The notes under the pieces are model-generated. The model ran no database searches. It was not told the DNA's origin and saw only the letters and a list, made by a program, of their open reading frames with translations. A DNA stretch of 63,863 bases, the filler included. It is 4 parts of 4 records of this genome, joined end to end, with 100 filler letters (N's around TTAATTAATTAA, not from the genome) between each part and the next. Parts side by side here need not be neighbours in the genome. Positions count along the whole stretch, not along the records: positions 18,842 to 44,203 come from SRR20825019_2122; 3 more parts are not named here. One strand, 5' to 3'. This document shows positions 30,333 through 41,248 of this stretch, in pieces; position 1 is the first letter of the stretch; each line of letters opens with the position of its first letter. Position numbers and translations under genes: made by a program.

Positions 30333-31625
30333 TTACTTGTTCATCAACTCTTCGATTTCTTCAATCTCGATAGGGATGTTGCGCATTAAATTAAATGGCT
30401 CTCCTTTTTCTTGAATGACCACATCATCCTCCAAACGGACACCCATTCCTTCTGCCGGAATGTAGATTCCTGGTTCCACCGTAAATACCATATTGGCTTT
30501 CATCGGTGTTTTTAATTCTCCGTAGTCATGAGTATTCAATCCAATATGGTGGCTGGTGCCATGCATAAAGTATTTTTTGTACGCTGGCCAATCTGGGTTT
30601 TCATTCTGCACATCGGCCTTGTCCAATAAGCCCAAGCCTATTAATTCGGAAGTCATCAATTTTCCCACTTCTTTGTGGTATTCGGCCCAAATGGTACCCG
30701 GAACCAACATTTTAGTGGCTTCATCCTTAACACGGAGCACAGAGCTGTATACTTCTTTTTGCCTGTCGGTAAATCTCCCGTTGGCAGGAATAGTCCGGGT
30801 CATGTCACTGGAATAGTTGGCGTACTCAGCGGCAAGATCCAAAAGAATCATATCACCATCCTTCACTTCTTGGTTATTCTCCAAATAGTGTAGTACGTTG
30901 GCATTGTTTCCAGAGGCTATAATTGGACTGTAGGCAAAACCTTTGGAGCGGTTACGGACAAATTCGTGAAGGAACTCGGCTTCCATCTCGTGTTCCCAAA
31001 CACCGGGCTTTACAAACCCCAATATGCGCCTGAATCCCTTCTCGGTAATATCGCATGCCTTCTGCATCAACTCAATTTCCTCGGGTTCTTTTACCCCTCT
31101 GATATTCTGCAAAATGGGATTGCTTTTGGCCCATTGGTGCGCAGGGTACTCTTTCTTGCATTTTTCTATGAAACGATCTTCACGGGTCTGCGTCTCCACC
31201 GCTTGGCGGTAATGCTCATTGGTGTTGAAATATATGGTGTCCGCTTCGGTCATCAGATCAAAAAAGATCTTGTCAAAATCGGTGAGCCAATACACGGTTT
31301 CTATCCCGGATACTTCGGTGGCCTTTTCTTTGGTGAGCTTTGCGCCTTCCCAAACGGCAATATGGTCATTGGTTTCCCTAACAAAAAGAATTTCCCTATG
31401 CTTCGAATCCATTGCATCTGGGAACAATAACAAAATAGTTTCCTCTTGGTCGGCGCCGCTCAAGTAGAATAGATCGCGGTTCTGCTCAAAGGGCAGGGTG
31501 CTATCAGCCCCAATGGGATAAATATCGTTGGAGTTGAATACCGCAATACTTTTGGGCCGCATGTGGGCCATAAATTTCTTGCGGTTTTTCACAAAAAGAT
31601 TACTGTCTATCTGGAAGTATTTCAT
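30333..31625 (-). CDS. pepP: Xaa-Pro aminopeptidase (M24B)
   Basis: LHY, YSSDMTRT, HGTSHHIGLNTHD, TVEPGIY, RLEDD. Confidence 0.94.
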   Translation of the reverse strand: MKYFQIDSNLFVKNRKKFMAHMRPKSIAVFNSNDIYPIGADSTLPFEQNRDLFYLSGADQEETILLLFPDAMDSKHREILFVRETNDHIAVWEGAKLTKEKATEVSGIETVYWLTDFDKIFFDLMTEADTIYFNTNEHYRQAVETQTREDRFIEKCKKEYPAHQWAKSNPILQNIRGVKEPEEIELMQKACDITEKGFRRILGFVKPGVWEHEMEAEFLHEFVRNRSKGFAYSPIIASGNNANVLHYLENNQEVKDGDMILLDLAAEYANYSSDMTRTIPANGRFTDRQKEVYSSVLRVKDEATKMLVPGTIWAEYHKEVGKLMTSELIGLGLLDKADVQNENPDWPAYKKYFMHGTSHHIGLNTHDYGELKTPMKANMVFTVEPGIYIPAEGMGVRLEDDVVIQEKGEPFNLMRNIPIEIEEIEELMNK

Positions 31626-31652
31626 AGTTGAATTTTGATTTGCCCAAATTTA

Positions 31653-31667
31653 GGTAATTGCGTTACC
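31653..31667. promoter_or_regulatory. GGTAA-N5-TTACC palindrome beside the pepP -7 element
   Basis: Perfect 5-bp arms; CAAATTTA (minus-strand TAAATTTG) at 31645-31652. Confidence 0.4.
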
Positions 31668-31704
31668 GAAGACAAATTCTTACCTTCCATATCAAATTGA
31701 AAAA

Positions 31705-32094
31705 ATGCAACTCAACCTTAGCATCCCCGCCCTACTTTTTCCTGCTATTTCTTTGACCATGCTGGCCTATAATGCAAGATATTTGGCCATTGCGGCACTG
31801 ATCAGGCAACTCCACAAACAGTTCGAGGAGACTTCCGCCCAGCCCCTAAAGCAACAAATCAATCAGCTGAGAAACCGTTTGGGTATTATAAAAAATATGC
31901 AGGCGTCGGCCATTATCAGTTTTTTGCTGGCAGCAGTGACCATGTTCCTTGTTTATGTGGAAATGGAGGTTTGGGCCAACATTATTTTTGGCATAAGTTT
32001 GGTTTTTTTAATGATCTCCTTGATTCTCTCTCTTTTAGAAGTACAGCTATCTACAAAAGCTCTAGGGATTCAGTTAAAAAATATGGAGAAATAA
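31705..32094 (+). CDS. DUF2721 family membrane protein
   Basis: PALLFPAISLTMLAYNARYL...EVQLSTKAL. Confidence 0.82.
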   Translation: MQLNLSIPALLFPAISLTMLAYNARYLAIAALIRQLHKQFEETSAQPLKQQINQLRNRLGIIKNMQASAIISFLLAAVTMFLVYVEMEVWANIIFGISLVFLMISLILSLLEVQLSTKALGIQLKNMEK

Positions 32095-32277
32095 TCAGGC
32101 ATTAAAACAATCTATGTAAGAATACTTCGTTACCGTTCTGTTACTAAAAATACAATCGTCAATTGAAAAGGCCCTTGCACCAATCCTAACTGTCCATTGG
32201 TAAACCCGACCATAATGGAACAATCGCTTACATTTACTTTTGCCGAGTAATTTTTATATATCCTCAAGAATAGATTT

Positions 32278-32709
32278 ATGCAGCGTGTTAAGGATTTGGA
32301 GTTTTTTAAAAAAATAAAACAGATCAGGGAATATGAGTTTGGCACTTTTTATTTTTTTGATGGATTGGTCATCTCAGAAATGAACGAAGGTGAAACCTTT
32401 AATTGGTCCAAAGCGGAAAAAATAATAGATGTAGCTTACGAAGTCTCAGGAAAGGATAGGCCAATTGCCTATATCAGCAATCGAATTAACAATTATTCCG
32501 TTGTACCCACGGATTGGCTAAAGTTTTACAAAAATCGCCATAAACTGGAATTCTATTCCATTGTTGCCTACAACAATAGCGGATTGACAAGTGTGATTTT
32601 AGAAAAATTATTCTTCCAAGATAAAATACGTCAGTTCTCAAGTCTTGAAGATGCCGTAGGATGGAGCGTTGCCAAAATCAACAATAGCGAAATTGACCAG
32701 CATACGTAA
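32278..32709 (+). CDS. Hypothetical STAS/SpoIIAA-like protein
   Basis: YISNRINNYSVVPTDW, C-terminal FSSLEDAVGW. Confidence 0.65.
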   Translation: MQRVKDLEFFKKIKQIREYEFGTFYFFDGLVISEMNEGETFNWSKAEKIIDVAYEVSGKDRPIAYISNRINNYSVVPTDWLKFYKNRHKLEFYSIVAYNNSGLTSVILEKLFFQDKIRQFSSLEDAVGWSVAKINNSEIDQHT

Positions 32710-32720
32710 ATGCGTTTGCT

Positions 32721-33608
32721 TTATCTGCTACGTTTAGCATTTTTATCCACGAACTGAACTATTTTTTTGGCCACATTGACACCCGTTGCGGCCTCAATTC
32801 CTTTTAAGCCGGGCGAGGCGTTCACCTCGATCAACAAAGGACCGTTCTTTGACCGAATCAAATCCACCCCGGCCACACCTAGCCCCAAATGTTTGGTGGC
32901 ATTTATCGCCATAAACTTTTCTCTGGGCGTTAATTGTACTTTTTGTGTCTCGGCACCACGATGAACGTTGGACCTAAAATCATCCAGTCCGCTGGTTCGC
33001 TTCATGCTGGCCACAATTTTATTGTCCACAACAATTATCCGAAGGTCTTCGCCATTGGCTTCCTCGATATACTCTTGCAACAAAATGCTTGTGTTCATAT
33101 TGTACAGGGTATCTATGACAGATTTTGCAGATTTTTTGCTTTCGGCCAAGATAACCCCTTTGCCCTGGGTTCCTTCCTGCAGTTTGATGATCACCGGGGC
33201 TCCGCCCAAAAGTTCAATCTGGTGCTCCACATTATTGGGGTTGATGGAAAACACCGTTTTTGGTACTGGAATTCCCTTTTTGAACATCATTTGTAGGGTA
33301 GAAACCTTGTTCCTTGCCCGAATGATTCCAAGAGACTTTGCCGTGCTAAATACATGGTTCATCTCAAACTGTTTTACTATGGCAGCGCCATGCCTGGTAA
33401 CAGTGGTTCCTATTCTGGGGACAATGGCATCGAAATCATCCGTAATATTCTCGGTTCCGTAAAAAATTTGTGGCTTGTCCCCTCCCAATTGTACCGAGCA
33501 CTTTGTGTGATCGATATGCTCTACATAATGGCCTGCCTTTTCAAACTCCTCGGCAATTCTCCCAGAAGAATATACATTTAAGCTCACGGAAAGTATGGCA
33601 ACGTCCAT
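32721..33608 (-). CDS. rimK: RimK family alpha-L-glutamate ligase
   Basis: VPRIG, EGTQGKGV, QEYIEE, FRSNVHRG, EVNASPG. Confidence 0.92.
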   Translation of the reverse strand: MDVAILSVSLNVYSSGRIAEEFEKAGHYVEHIDHTKCSVQLGGDKPQIFYGTENITDDFDAIVPRIGTTVTRHGAAIVKQFEMNHVFSTAKSLGIIRARNKVSTLQMMFKKGIPVPKTVFSINPNNVEHQIELLGGAPVIIKLQEGTQGKGVILAESKKSAKSVIDTLYNMNTSILLQEYIEEANGEDLRIIVVDNKIVASMKRTSGLDDFRSNVHRGAETQKVQLTPREKFMAINATKHLGLGVAGVDLIRSKNGPLLIEVNASPGLKGIEAATGVNVAKKIVQFVDKNAKRSR

Positions 33609-33691
33609 CGGTTCTTTAAATTTTATCCAAATTCGGACAATTATTTGGATTTTCCTTTTGCCGGCCGTTTTTCTTTTGATTCCAATTGGAT

Positions 33692-35224
33692 TTACACCAT
33701 AAGTTTTGGCAGGTTCACGATTACCCTTGTTCCCAGTGCCTTTCCAGTTTCTTCGTCTTTTATATCGTAAATGGTATAGCTGAAATCTTCGTGGTATTTT
33801 TTGGAAAAAAAATCCAACCGATCCTGAACTATTGACAATCCCAATGATTGGCCCTTGAGCGGATTTTGAAGGTTTTTAAGACGGGAAGCCTGTCGTCCCA
33901 CACCATTGTCTTCCACTATAACCTTAAGACAGTCCTCTTTCTCGCTTTCCTGGACTTTAATAATCAACCGCTTTTTACCGCTTTTTGTTGTGAGTCCGTG
34001 CCAAATGGAATTTTCCACAAAGGGCTGTAATATGAGCGAGGGAATCAAAATAGCGTCCGTAGATACTCCATCGTCAATTTCGGCAATGTATTCAATATTG
34101 TTTTTGAATCGGTCACTTTCAATTTCAGTGTACATTTCAATAATGGCCAACTCCTCTTTTAAGGTGACAAGGTCCTTCCTTGAGCTTTCCAAGATTCCAC
34201 GGATAAGCTTGGAAAACCTTCCCAAGTAATAAATGGCCTTTTCTTGATTGTTTTCTATCAAATAGGATTTGATGGAGTTGAGCGCATTGAAAATAAAATG
34301 AGGGTTCATTTGACTGCGCAGGGCATCGAGCTTGAGCTGTGCGAACCTGTTCTCCATTTTCATGGTGAGTTTTTCGGTTCTTTCCCTTTGGGCTTCCGAA
34401 CTGAGCCCCTCTATTTCGGCCTTGGTCTGCAAAAGTTCATCCGACAGTGTTCGGTTAATACTCTCCTTGATCACTTGGTTCTCTTCTAGCTGATCTATGT
34501 ATTTTTTCTGTACTTGGGCCTTATCCCTATAGACCATTTTTTGCTCTAAACCAATGGCGAGGGCAAACAAGAGACTTTCCAACAATACCCCCAAGTAAAA
34601 AATATACAGTGTTTCGTCATTGGCCCTACTATCCTTAAACGAATACAAAGTGATGATGAGGTAGGAAACAAAAAGTGCCGACATACCCGATAGGATGTAC
34701 CACTTGATTATGCGATCCTGTTTCAGTACCAAATAGAATCCTCCCACAAACACGATCAAGCTCATGGGCAAAAAGAAAAACCCATGGAAATAATCAATCA
34801 GGTAAGATCGGCGATTCATCAATTGAACGGCCCATAAGGTCAAATATATCGGGGCAACGCCCAAATAGGCCCGGTATGCCCATTTAACGAATTTGGGATG
34901 TCCGTTTTTGAGCTGCATGATGTCCAGGACAAAAAAGCTGAACAGCATCGAGGCAAACAATTGTGTGGGGTAATGAACCCAGGCTACAAAGCCTCTTCCG
35001 GAAGGACTATGAAAAAAGTCCGAAAAAAAGGCACCTTCCACATATTTCATCAACGTAACGCCGGTAACCAGGGCATATAAACAGTAAAAGAGGTAAAATC
35101 TTTTCTTATGCTGAAAAAACTGTATCAGAAAAAAAACAAAAAGATAGAACAGTACGGAAACCACAAAGAAACCAAATCCATTTTGGTTACTTTCCTTGAA
35201 GAAGTCTGTCAAATTTTTCAGCAT
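33692..35224 (-). CDS. LytS/YehU-type 7TM sensor histidine kinase
   Basis: 7 TM region, LRSQMNPHFIFNALN, LQPFVENSIWHG, EDNGVG. Confidence 0.92.
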   Translation of the reverse strand: MLKNLTDFFKESNQNGFGFFVVSVLFYLFVFFLIQFFQHKKRFYLFYCLYALVTGVTLMKYVEGAFFSDFFHSPSGRGFVAWVHYPTQLFASMLFSFFVLDIMQLKNGHPKFVKWAYRAYLGVAPIYLTLWAVQLMNRRSYLIDYFHGFFFLPMSLIVFVGGFYLVLKQDRIIKWYILSGMSALFVSYLIITLYSFKDSRANDETLYIFYLGVLLESLLFALAIGLEQKMVYRDKAQVQKKYIDQLEENQVIKESINRTLSDELLQTKAEIEGLSSEAQRERTEKLTMKMENRFAQLKLDALRSQMNPHFIFNALNSIKSYLIENNQEKAIYYLGRFSKLIRGILESSRKDLVTLKEELAIIEMYTEIESDRFKNNIEYIAEIDDGVSTDAILIPSLILQPFVENSIWHGLTTKSGKKRLIIKVQESEKEDCLKVIVEDNGVGRQASRLKNLQNPLKGQSLGLSIVQDRLDFFSKKYHEDFSYTIYDIKDEETGKALGTRVIVNLPKLMV

Positions 35225-35233
35225 AAGGGCATA

Positions 35234-35968
35234 TTAGCTCATCCTATTTAAAAAAGCCTCTTTTTTGGTCCTTGAAACAGGTATTTTCTTTTGGTTCAAC
35301 AAGACCAAGTACCCTTCGGACCGCAAATACTCTTTTACCTTTAGCAAATGGACGATGTAGGAATTGTGTACCCTGAAGAACATTCGATTGGGAAGCATGT
35401 CCTCCAGCTCTTTCAGTTTTTTTGATACCAATAACTGTTCTCCGGATTCCAAAAAGGCTTTTGAGTAATTCCCGTCCGATTCGCAATACACAATTTCGTT
35501 CACACGCAAGAACAAAATCTTTCCACTTACCGGAATCTGGACGATCTGTGGTGAACTTGCCCGGGAAAGCGCCTCAAACGTTTGTTCGAATTGGTGTTTG
35601 AAACTTTGCGCTCCATTCAGCTTTTTCAGCTTTTCCACCACGCCCAAAATATCATCCTGATCTACCGGTTTCAAAAGGTAATCCACCGCGCTTTCCTTAA
35701 TGGCCCTAATGGCATATTGATTGTATGCTGTGGTGATAACTATGGCAAAGTTGCGGTATTCCAATTTTTCCAAAAGAGAGAACCCGCTCATTTCGGGCAT
35801 TTCAATATCCAAAAAAACACAATCGGGCTTTAGGTAATTGATTCCCGATATGGCCTCTACGGGAGAGGTGAATGTTTCAATGATCGAGATAAAGTCCGAG
35901 TGTTTCCTCAATTCCCAAGACAAGCTATTTATAGCGGCCAACTCGTCATCTACAATAATTACCCTCAT
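35234..35968 (-). CDS. LytTR family response regulator
   Basis: IVDDE, FLDIEMP, DYLLKP, FFRVHNSYIV, IPVSR. Confidence 0.93.
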   Translation of the reverse strand: MRVIIVDDELAAINSLSWELRKHSDFISIIETFTSPVEAISGINYLKPDCVFLDIEMPEMSGFSLLEKLEYRNFAIVITTAYNQYAIRAIKESAVDYLLKPVDQDDILGVVEKLKKLNGAQSFKHQFEQTFEALSRASSPQIVQIPVSGKILFLRVNEIVYCESDGNYSKAFLESGEQLLVSKKLKELEDMLPNRMFFRVHNSYIVHLLKVKEYLRSEGYLVLLNQKKIPVSRTKKEAFLNRMS

Positions 35969-36222
35969 GATGGTTTCTTCTTTACCCCAAATTATAAATT
36001 GAACCGCTACAAAACCCAACCATAGTGATATTTAACACAAAATGGTGTGTAAGCTACATGTATGCTGTACGAATGGTAAATCTTTCCAAAAAAGAAAGGA
36101 ACGTCCCATTGGCAATAAAAAACAACCAGCCAGCATAATAATATACACCTATGGTAAGGAACGAGTTCATCAACTGGTCCAGCAATTCTAATTTGACCCC
36201 CTGAAACCCAAAAAATTTAAAC

Positions 36223-36837
36223 ATGAAAACAAGTGAATTATCAATTAAAGCATTTCTTTTAACAGTAATGTCGGTCGCGTTGATTGTCTCTTGCTCTCCA
36301 GAAGATGGTGAGGATGGTGCCGTTGGCCCACAAGGACCTCAAGGTGAGCAAGGGGTCGCCGGACCTGCAGGCCCTCAAGGGGAACAGGGGGAACAGGGCG
36401 AGCAAGGAGAAACAGGTACGGCCAATGTTATCTATTCGGATTGGATAGCATCCGAATTTGGAGGTCTTGCTGCAGCCGAAGAATCCGATCAATTGTTGGT
36501 TTCCTTTGGACTAGGGGAATTCAACAATGCAAATGACGTTCTCCTTGTCTACGGAAGACGTGAAATCAATGTAATATCAAACGAGGTCTATCAATTGCCC
36601 TTTGAGCTAATTTCCCAAAATGAAATCTATAGGTATAGATTGTCTGAAGGTAGCGGATTTATAGCGCTATATGTAGAAGCACTGACCACTGATGGAGGAA
36701 GCAACTTGTTTACTTATTTTGATGACTTTAGATATGTCCTCATCCCTGGTGGAGTATCCACTTCTGGTAAATCAAACATAGATTTTACCAAAATGAGCTA
36801 CGAACAAGTCATCGAATATTTCAATATTCCTGAATAA
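36223..36837 (+). CDS. Collagen-like lipoprotein
   Basis: Lipobox LIVSC, about 13 Gly-X-Y triplets, ANVIYSDW, FRYVLIPG. Confidence 0.88.
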   Translation: MKTSELSIKAFLLTVMSVALIVSCSPEDGEDGAVGPQGPQGEQGVAGPAGPQGEQGEQGEQGETGTANVIYSDWIASEFGGLAAAEESDQLLVSFGLGEFNNANDVLLVYGRREINVISNEVYQLPFELISQNEIYRYRLSEGSGFIALYVEALTTDGGSNLFTYFDDFRYVLIPGGVSTSGKSNIDFTKMSYEQVIEYFNIPE

Positions 36838-36899
36838 TCAGATTCTATAAAGTTCCCCCTAATTCAAAACACACCTATTATTTAAGCTCTTATATAAAG

Positions 36900-37520
36900 A
36901 TGAAACAATTATTATACGTTCTCTTGGTGGCAATGATGCCTTCCCTAATGGCGGCCCAAGAACAAAGCGCTACCATTACAGTATTGGCCAGGGCCATCCA
37001 TGTGGATTCTTCTCCCATCTATAAAGCCACCGTTTCAATAAGCCCTGCGTATTCAAGCTATGCTTCGGACGGCATGGATTTCGAGGAACTAAGGTCCCTT
37101 TACCAAAAGGCATTGGAATTGCAAGGTATCTCTTGGAAGGAAATCAAGGAAAGACCGTATGAGTTTGGTTTTGAGACCATGGGGTATGATAAAGAGGGTG
37201 CCATCTATGAATTTTCAACTTCGTCCATCGAAAAAATGAGAACTTTTTTGACCATAAAATCGTTGGGGCTTCAGCGTTTGAATAGCGTTGCTGTTATAAA
37301 AATAGATGAAAACGCGGCTAAACTACTCTATGGCAAAGCAATGGAAGACGCCAGAAAAAAAGCATCCTTAATCGCGCTCACCCTGGGCAAGGAACTTGGT
37401 GATGTAATCACTGTAGAGGACAATCAATATCTAAACGAGCAGGTGGAAACGGCCATATATTATGATCGCCCGGTCAATGAATACATCTATTCCCTTCAAG
37501 TGGTGTTCGAAACAAAATAA
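36900..37520 (+). CDS. SIMPL (DUF541) domain secreted protein
   Basis: Signal peptide; KAMEDARKKASLIALTLGKELGDVITVED. Confidence 0.75.
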   Translation: MKQLLYVLLVAMMPSLMAAQEQSATITVLARAIHVDSSPIYKATVSISPAYSSYASDGMDFEELRSLYQKALELQGISWKEIKERPYEFGFETMGYDKEGAIYEFSTSSIEKMRTFLTIKSLGLQRLNSVAVIKIDENAAKLLYGKAMEDARKKASLIALTLGKELGDVITVEDNQYLNEQVETAIYYDRPVNEYIYSLQVVFETK

Positions 37521-37660
37521 TCTTCAAACCAGATATTCTTAAATACCTTATAGCCCATTTGTAAGCAATTTCAGCAAGCTCAATCTTTTTGAATGGAATA
37601 AAAATTCCAGCCCAAGTTCCTTTTGTCAGTTTTATTATATCATTTTCAAAGCTTTGACCC

Positions 37661-37736
37661 TTCCCTATAATGTTTCTAAATAAGGGGGTTCTACTTCTTT
37701 ATTACTTGTTAAAAACTCATTCGTGCCGTAAATTTG
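37661..37736 (+). promoter_or_regulatory. sdh promoter (-7 TAAATTTG) with upstream TCTAAATAAG half-site
   Basis: TAAATTTG at 37729-37736; TTCTAAATAAG at 37674-37684. Confidence 0.5.
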
Positions 37737-37754
37737 TGTAAAAACTAACTTCTA

Positions 37755-38420
37755 ATGAGTTTGATAAAATCTTCGCTGGCCCGAAAATATGTTATGGCCC
37801 TATCGGGTCTTTTTTTGGTCACATTTTTGATTCTTCACGTGACCATTAATTTGGCCTCGGTATTTTCCCCTGATTTTTTTAATGAAGCATCCCACTTTAT
37901 GGGCTACAATCCCATAGTCCAGTTCTTGATGCAGCCTATCCTCATTGCTGGTGTCATCGTACACTTTGTAATGGGTTTTGTTTTGGAAATCCAGAACAGA
38001 AAGGCCAGGAACGTGGGTTATGTCAAGTACAACGGCAGCGCCAATGCGCCCTGGGTTTCCCGAAACATGATTTATTCAGGTCTGGTCATCCTTGCATTCT
38101 TGGCATTGCACTTCTACGATTTTTGGATACACGAAATGGCCTACAAATATGTAGAGGCCAATCCTGAGGACCCCACACGTTATTATCATGAAACGGTAGA
38201 GAAATTTGCTCCTTTCTGGAGAACCATTCTTTACGTGGTTTCCTTTGTGTTGCTTAGCTTGCACTTGTGGCATGGCTTTGCTTCCTCTTTCCAATCCATG
38301 GGTGCCAATAACAAGTACACCGTTGGATTCACAAAATTTGCTAAAATATTTGCGGTAGTGGTACCCTTGGCATTTGCTTTTATCGCCTTGTACCACCACC
38401 TTAACCCAGTAACACATTAA
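37755..38420 (+). CDS. sdhC: Succinate dehydrogenase cytochrome b subunit
   Basis: [11 protein letters not shown], heme His residues, [12 protein letters not shown]. Confidence 0.93.
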   Translation: MSLIKSSLARKYVMALSGLFLVTFLILHVTINLASVFSPDFFNEASHFMGYNPIVQFLMQPILIAGVIVHFVMGFVLEIQNRKARNVGYVKYNGSANAPWVSRNMIYSGLVILAFLALHFYDFWIHEMAYKYVEANPEDPTRYYHETVEKFAPFWRTILYVVSFVLLSLHLWHGFASSFQSMGANNKYTVGFTKFAKIFAVVVPLAFAFIALYHHLNPVTH

Positions 38421-38422
38421 GT

Positions 38423-40426
38423 ATGGGCATATTGGACTCTAAAACTCCATCTGGGCCGTTGGCCGACAAATGGACCAAGCATAAAAACGACATCAATCTG
38501 GTTAACCCTGCCAACAAAAGGAACATAGACATCATTGTTGTGGGAACAGGACTTGCAGGTGGTGCCGCTGCAGCTACTTTGGCCGAGTTGGGTTACAATG
38601 TAAAAACATTCTGTTATCAAGATTCACCGCGTAGGGCGCACTCCATTGCTGCCCAAGGGGGAATCAATGCAGCAAAGAACTATCAAGGAGATGGCGATAG
38701 CAACTACCGCCTTTTCTACGATACCATAAAAGGTGGCGATTACCGCTCCCGTGAAGCCAACGTTTATCGCTTGGCAGAGGTATCCGGAAACATTATCGAC
38801 CAATGTGTGGCACAGGGGGTTCCCTTTGCCCGTGAGTATGGCGGTATGTTGGACAACCGTTCTTTTGGTGGAGTACTCGTATCTAGAACTTTTTATGCCA
38901 AAGGACAGACCGGGCAGCAATTATTGCTTGGTGCTTATTCCGCAATGAACCGTCAAATCAACCGTGGAAAGATTCAAGCCTTCAACCGTCACGAAATGAT
39001 GGATTTGGTCTTGGTCGATGGTAAGGCAAGAGGAATTATCGCCAGGGACTTGGTAAGCGGAAAAATTGAAAGACACAGTGCACACGCCGTTGTTTTGGCA
39101 ACAGGTGGCTACGGAAACGTATTTTTCCTTTCTACCAACGCCATGGGAAGTAACGTAATGGCCGCATGGAGAGCACACCGTAAAGGAGCTTTCTTTGCCA
39201 ATCCATGTTTTACTCAAATTCACCCAACTTGTATTCCTGTTTCAGGAGACCATCAATCCAAACTGACCTTGATGTCAGAGTCGCTTAGAAATGATGGACG
39301 TATTTGGGTACCTGCGAAAAAAGAAGATGCTATTGCAATCCGTGAAGGCAAATTAAAGCCAACCGAACTGGCTGAAGAAGATAGGGACTACTACCTGGAA
39401 AGAAGGTACCCTGCCTTCGGTAACCTAGTGCCGCGTGATGTGGCATCCAGAGCTGCCAAAGAACGTTGCGATGCTGGTTTTGGAGTGAACAAGACCGGTG
39501 AAGCGGTATTCTTGGATTTCGCATCTGCCATAGAGCGTTATGGAAAAGAAAAAGCTTTGACCTCTGGTCTTAAAGACCCGGACAAAGCTACCATCACCAA
39601 ACTGGGAGAAGAGGTTGTTGAAGCCAAATATGGCAACCTGTTCCAGATGTACGAAAAAATCGTAGATCAGAATCCGTATAAGACCCCAATGATGATTTAT
39701 CCTGCGGTACACTACACCATGGGAGGTCTTTGGGTAGATTATAACTTGCAGACCACAATTCCTGGCTGCTATGCTGCGGGCGAGGCCAACTTTAGCGACC
39801 ACGGTGCCAACCGTTTGGGAGCTTCTGCTTTAATGCAAGGACTTGCAGATGGGTATTTTGTACTCCCCTACACGATTGGAGATTATCTATCAAAAGATAT
39901 TAGAACCGGAGCCATTCCAACAGATTCTCCAGAATTTGACGAAGCCGAAAAACAGGTCCGCGACAGAATGGAAAAGTTGATGAGCGGTTCGGGAATCCAT
40001 TCCGTGGATTATTATCACAAAAAACTCGGCAAGATTATGTGGAACAAATGTGGTATGGCCCGTAACGAAAAGGAACTGAAAGAAGCCATCAAGGAGATTT
40101 CCGCACTTAGAAAGGATTTCTGGGAGAACGTAAAAATTCCGGGAAGCATCGAATCGAAAAACCAAGAGCTTGAAAAAGCCGGACGCGTTGCGGATTTCTT
40201 GGAGTTGGGCGAACTTTTTGCGAAGGATGCACTGCACCGTAACGAATCCTGTGGAGGACACTTCCGCGAAGAATACCAAACGGAAGAAGGCGAAGCGCTC
40301 CGTGATGACGAGAACTTTAAATATGTGGCCGCTTGGGAATACAAAGGTGAGCCCAAAGATGCCGAATTACATAAAGAGGATTTGGTTTACGAAAATATTG
40401 AACTGAAGACAAGATCCTACAAATAA
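38423..40426 (+). CDS. sdhA: Succinate dehydrogenase flavoprotein subunit
   Basis: [32 protein letters not shown]. Confidence 0.96.
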   Translation: MGILDSKTPSGPLADKWTKHKNDINLVNPANKRNIDIIVVGTGLAGGAAAATLAELGYNVKTFCYQDSPRRAHSIAAQGGINAAKNYQGDGDSNYRLFYDTIKGGDYRSREANVYRLAEVSGNIIDQCVAQGVPFAREYGGMLDNRSFGGVLVSRTFYAKGQTGQQLLLGAYSAMNRQINRGKIQAFNRHEMMDLVLVDGKARGIIARDLVSGKIERHSAHAVVLATGGYGNVFFLSTNAMGSNVMAAWRAHRKGAFFANPCFTQIHPTCIPVSGDHQSKLTLMSESLRNDGRIWVPAKKEDAIAIREGKLKPTELAEEDRDYYLERRYPAFGNLVPRDVASRAAKERCDAGFGVNKTGEAVFLDFASAIERYGKEKALTSGLKDPDKATITKLGEEVVEAKYGNLFQMYEKIVDQNPYKTPMMIYPAVHYTMGGLWVDYNLQTTIPGCYAAGEANFSDHGANRLGASALMQGLADGYFVLPYTIGDYLSKDIRTGAIPTDSPEFDEAEKQVRDRMEKLMSGSGIHSVDYYHKKLGKIMWNKCGMARNEKELKEAIKEISALRKDFWENVKIPGSIESKNQELEKAGRVADFLELGELFAKDALHRNESCGGHFREEYQTEEGEALRDDENFKYVAAWEYKGEPKDAELHKEDLVYENIELKTRSYK

Positions 40427-40432
40427 GAAGCT

Positions 40433-41179
40433 ATGAAATTATATCTAAAAATATGGCGTCAAAAAGACGCATCCGCACCAGGAAAAATAGTTGATTATAC
40501 CCTAGACGGTGTAGAAGGAGATATGTCTTTCTTGGAAATGTTGGATATCCTAAATGAAGAATTGGTCTCCAAAGGAGAGGAGCCCGTAGAGTTTGACCAC
40601 GATTGTAGGGAAGGTATCTGCGGAACATGTTCGCTTCAAATCAATGGGGAGCCCCATGGACCGGACAGATTGGTAACTACTTGCCAATTGCACATGAGAA
40701 AGTTCAACGATGGGGATACCATTGTAATTGAACCTTTCCGCGCCACTGCATTCCCCGTTATCAAGGATTTGATCGTAGACCGTAGCGCTTTTGACCGTAT
40801 ACAGCAAGCTGGCGGGTATATTTCCGTGAACACCTCCGGAAATACAATCGATGCGAATTCCATTCCAATCAATAAGCATGCTGCTGACGAAGCCATGGAC
40901 GCCGCTACCTGCATTGGCTGTGGAGCTTGTGTGGCCGCTTGTAAAAATGCAAGTGCCATGTTGTTCACCTCTGCGAAGGTATCTCAATTTGCCTTGTTGC
41001 CTCAAGGTCAAGTTGAAGCTACCGAGCGTGTTCAGAATATGGTTCGCCAAATGGATTTGGAAGGTTTTGGTAACTGTACCAACACGGGAGCTTGTGAAGT
41101 GGAATGCCCAAAAGGTATTTCATTGACCAACATTGCTAGAATGAACCGTGAATACTTATCCGCTACATTAAAGGGGTAA
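40433..41179 (+). CDS. sdhB: Succinate dehydrogenase iron-sulfur subunit
   Basis: [28 protein letters not shown]. Confidence 0.96.
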   Translation: MKLYLKIWRQKDASAPGKIVDYTLDGVEGDMSFLEMLDILNEELVSKGEEPVEFDHDCREGICGTCSLQINGEPHGPDRLVTTCQLHMRKFNDGDTIVIEPFRATAFPVIKDLIVDRSAFDRIQQAGGYISVNTSGNTIDANSIPINKHAADEAMDAATCIGCGACVAACKNASAMLFTSAKVSQFALLPQGQVEATERVQNMVRQMDLEGFGNCTNTGACEVECPKGISLTNIARMNREYLSATLKG

Positions 41180-41201
41180 AACAACTCACATTGATATATA
41201 C

Positions 41202-41235
41202 AAAACCCAAATTCCGATAGGAGTTTGGGTTTTTT
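41202..41235 (+). terminator. Intrinsic terminator after sdhB
   Basis: AAAACCCAAATTCC-GATA-GGAGTTTGGGTTTT plus T tail. Confidence 0.85.
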
Positions 41236-41248
41236 ATTATCTTACGGT

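Noticed and set aside
36300..36420. 9-bp-period DNA repeats
   Set aside because: Explained by the Gly-X-Y collagen codons of the lipoprotein
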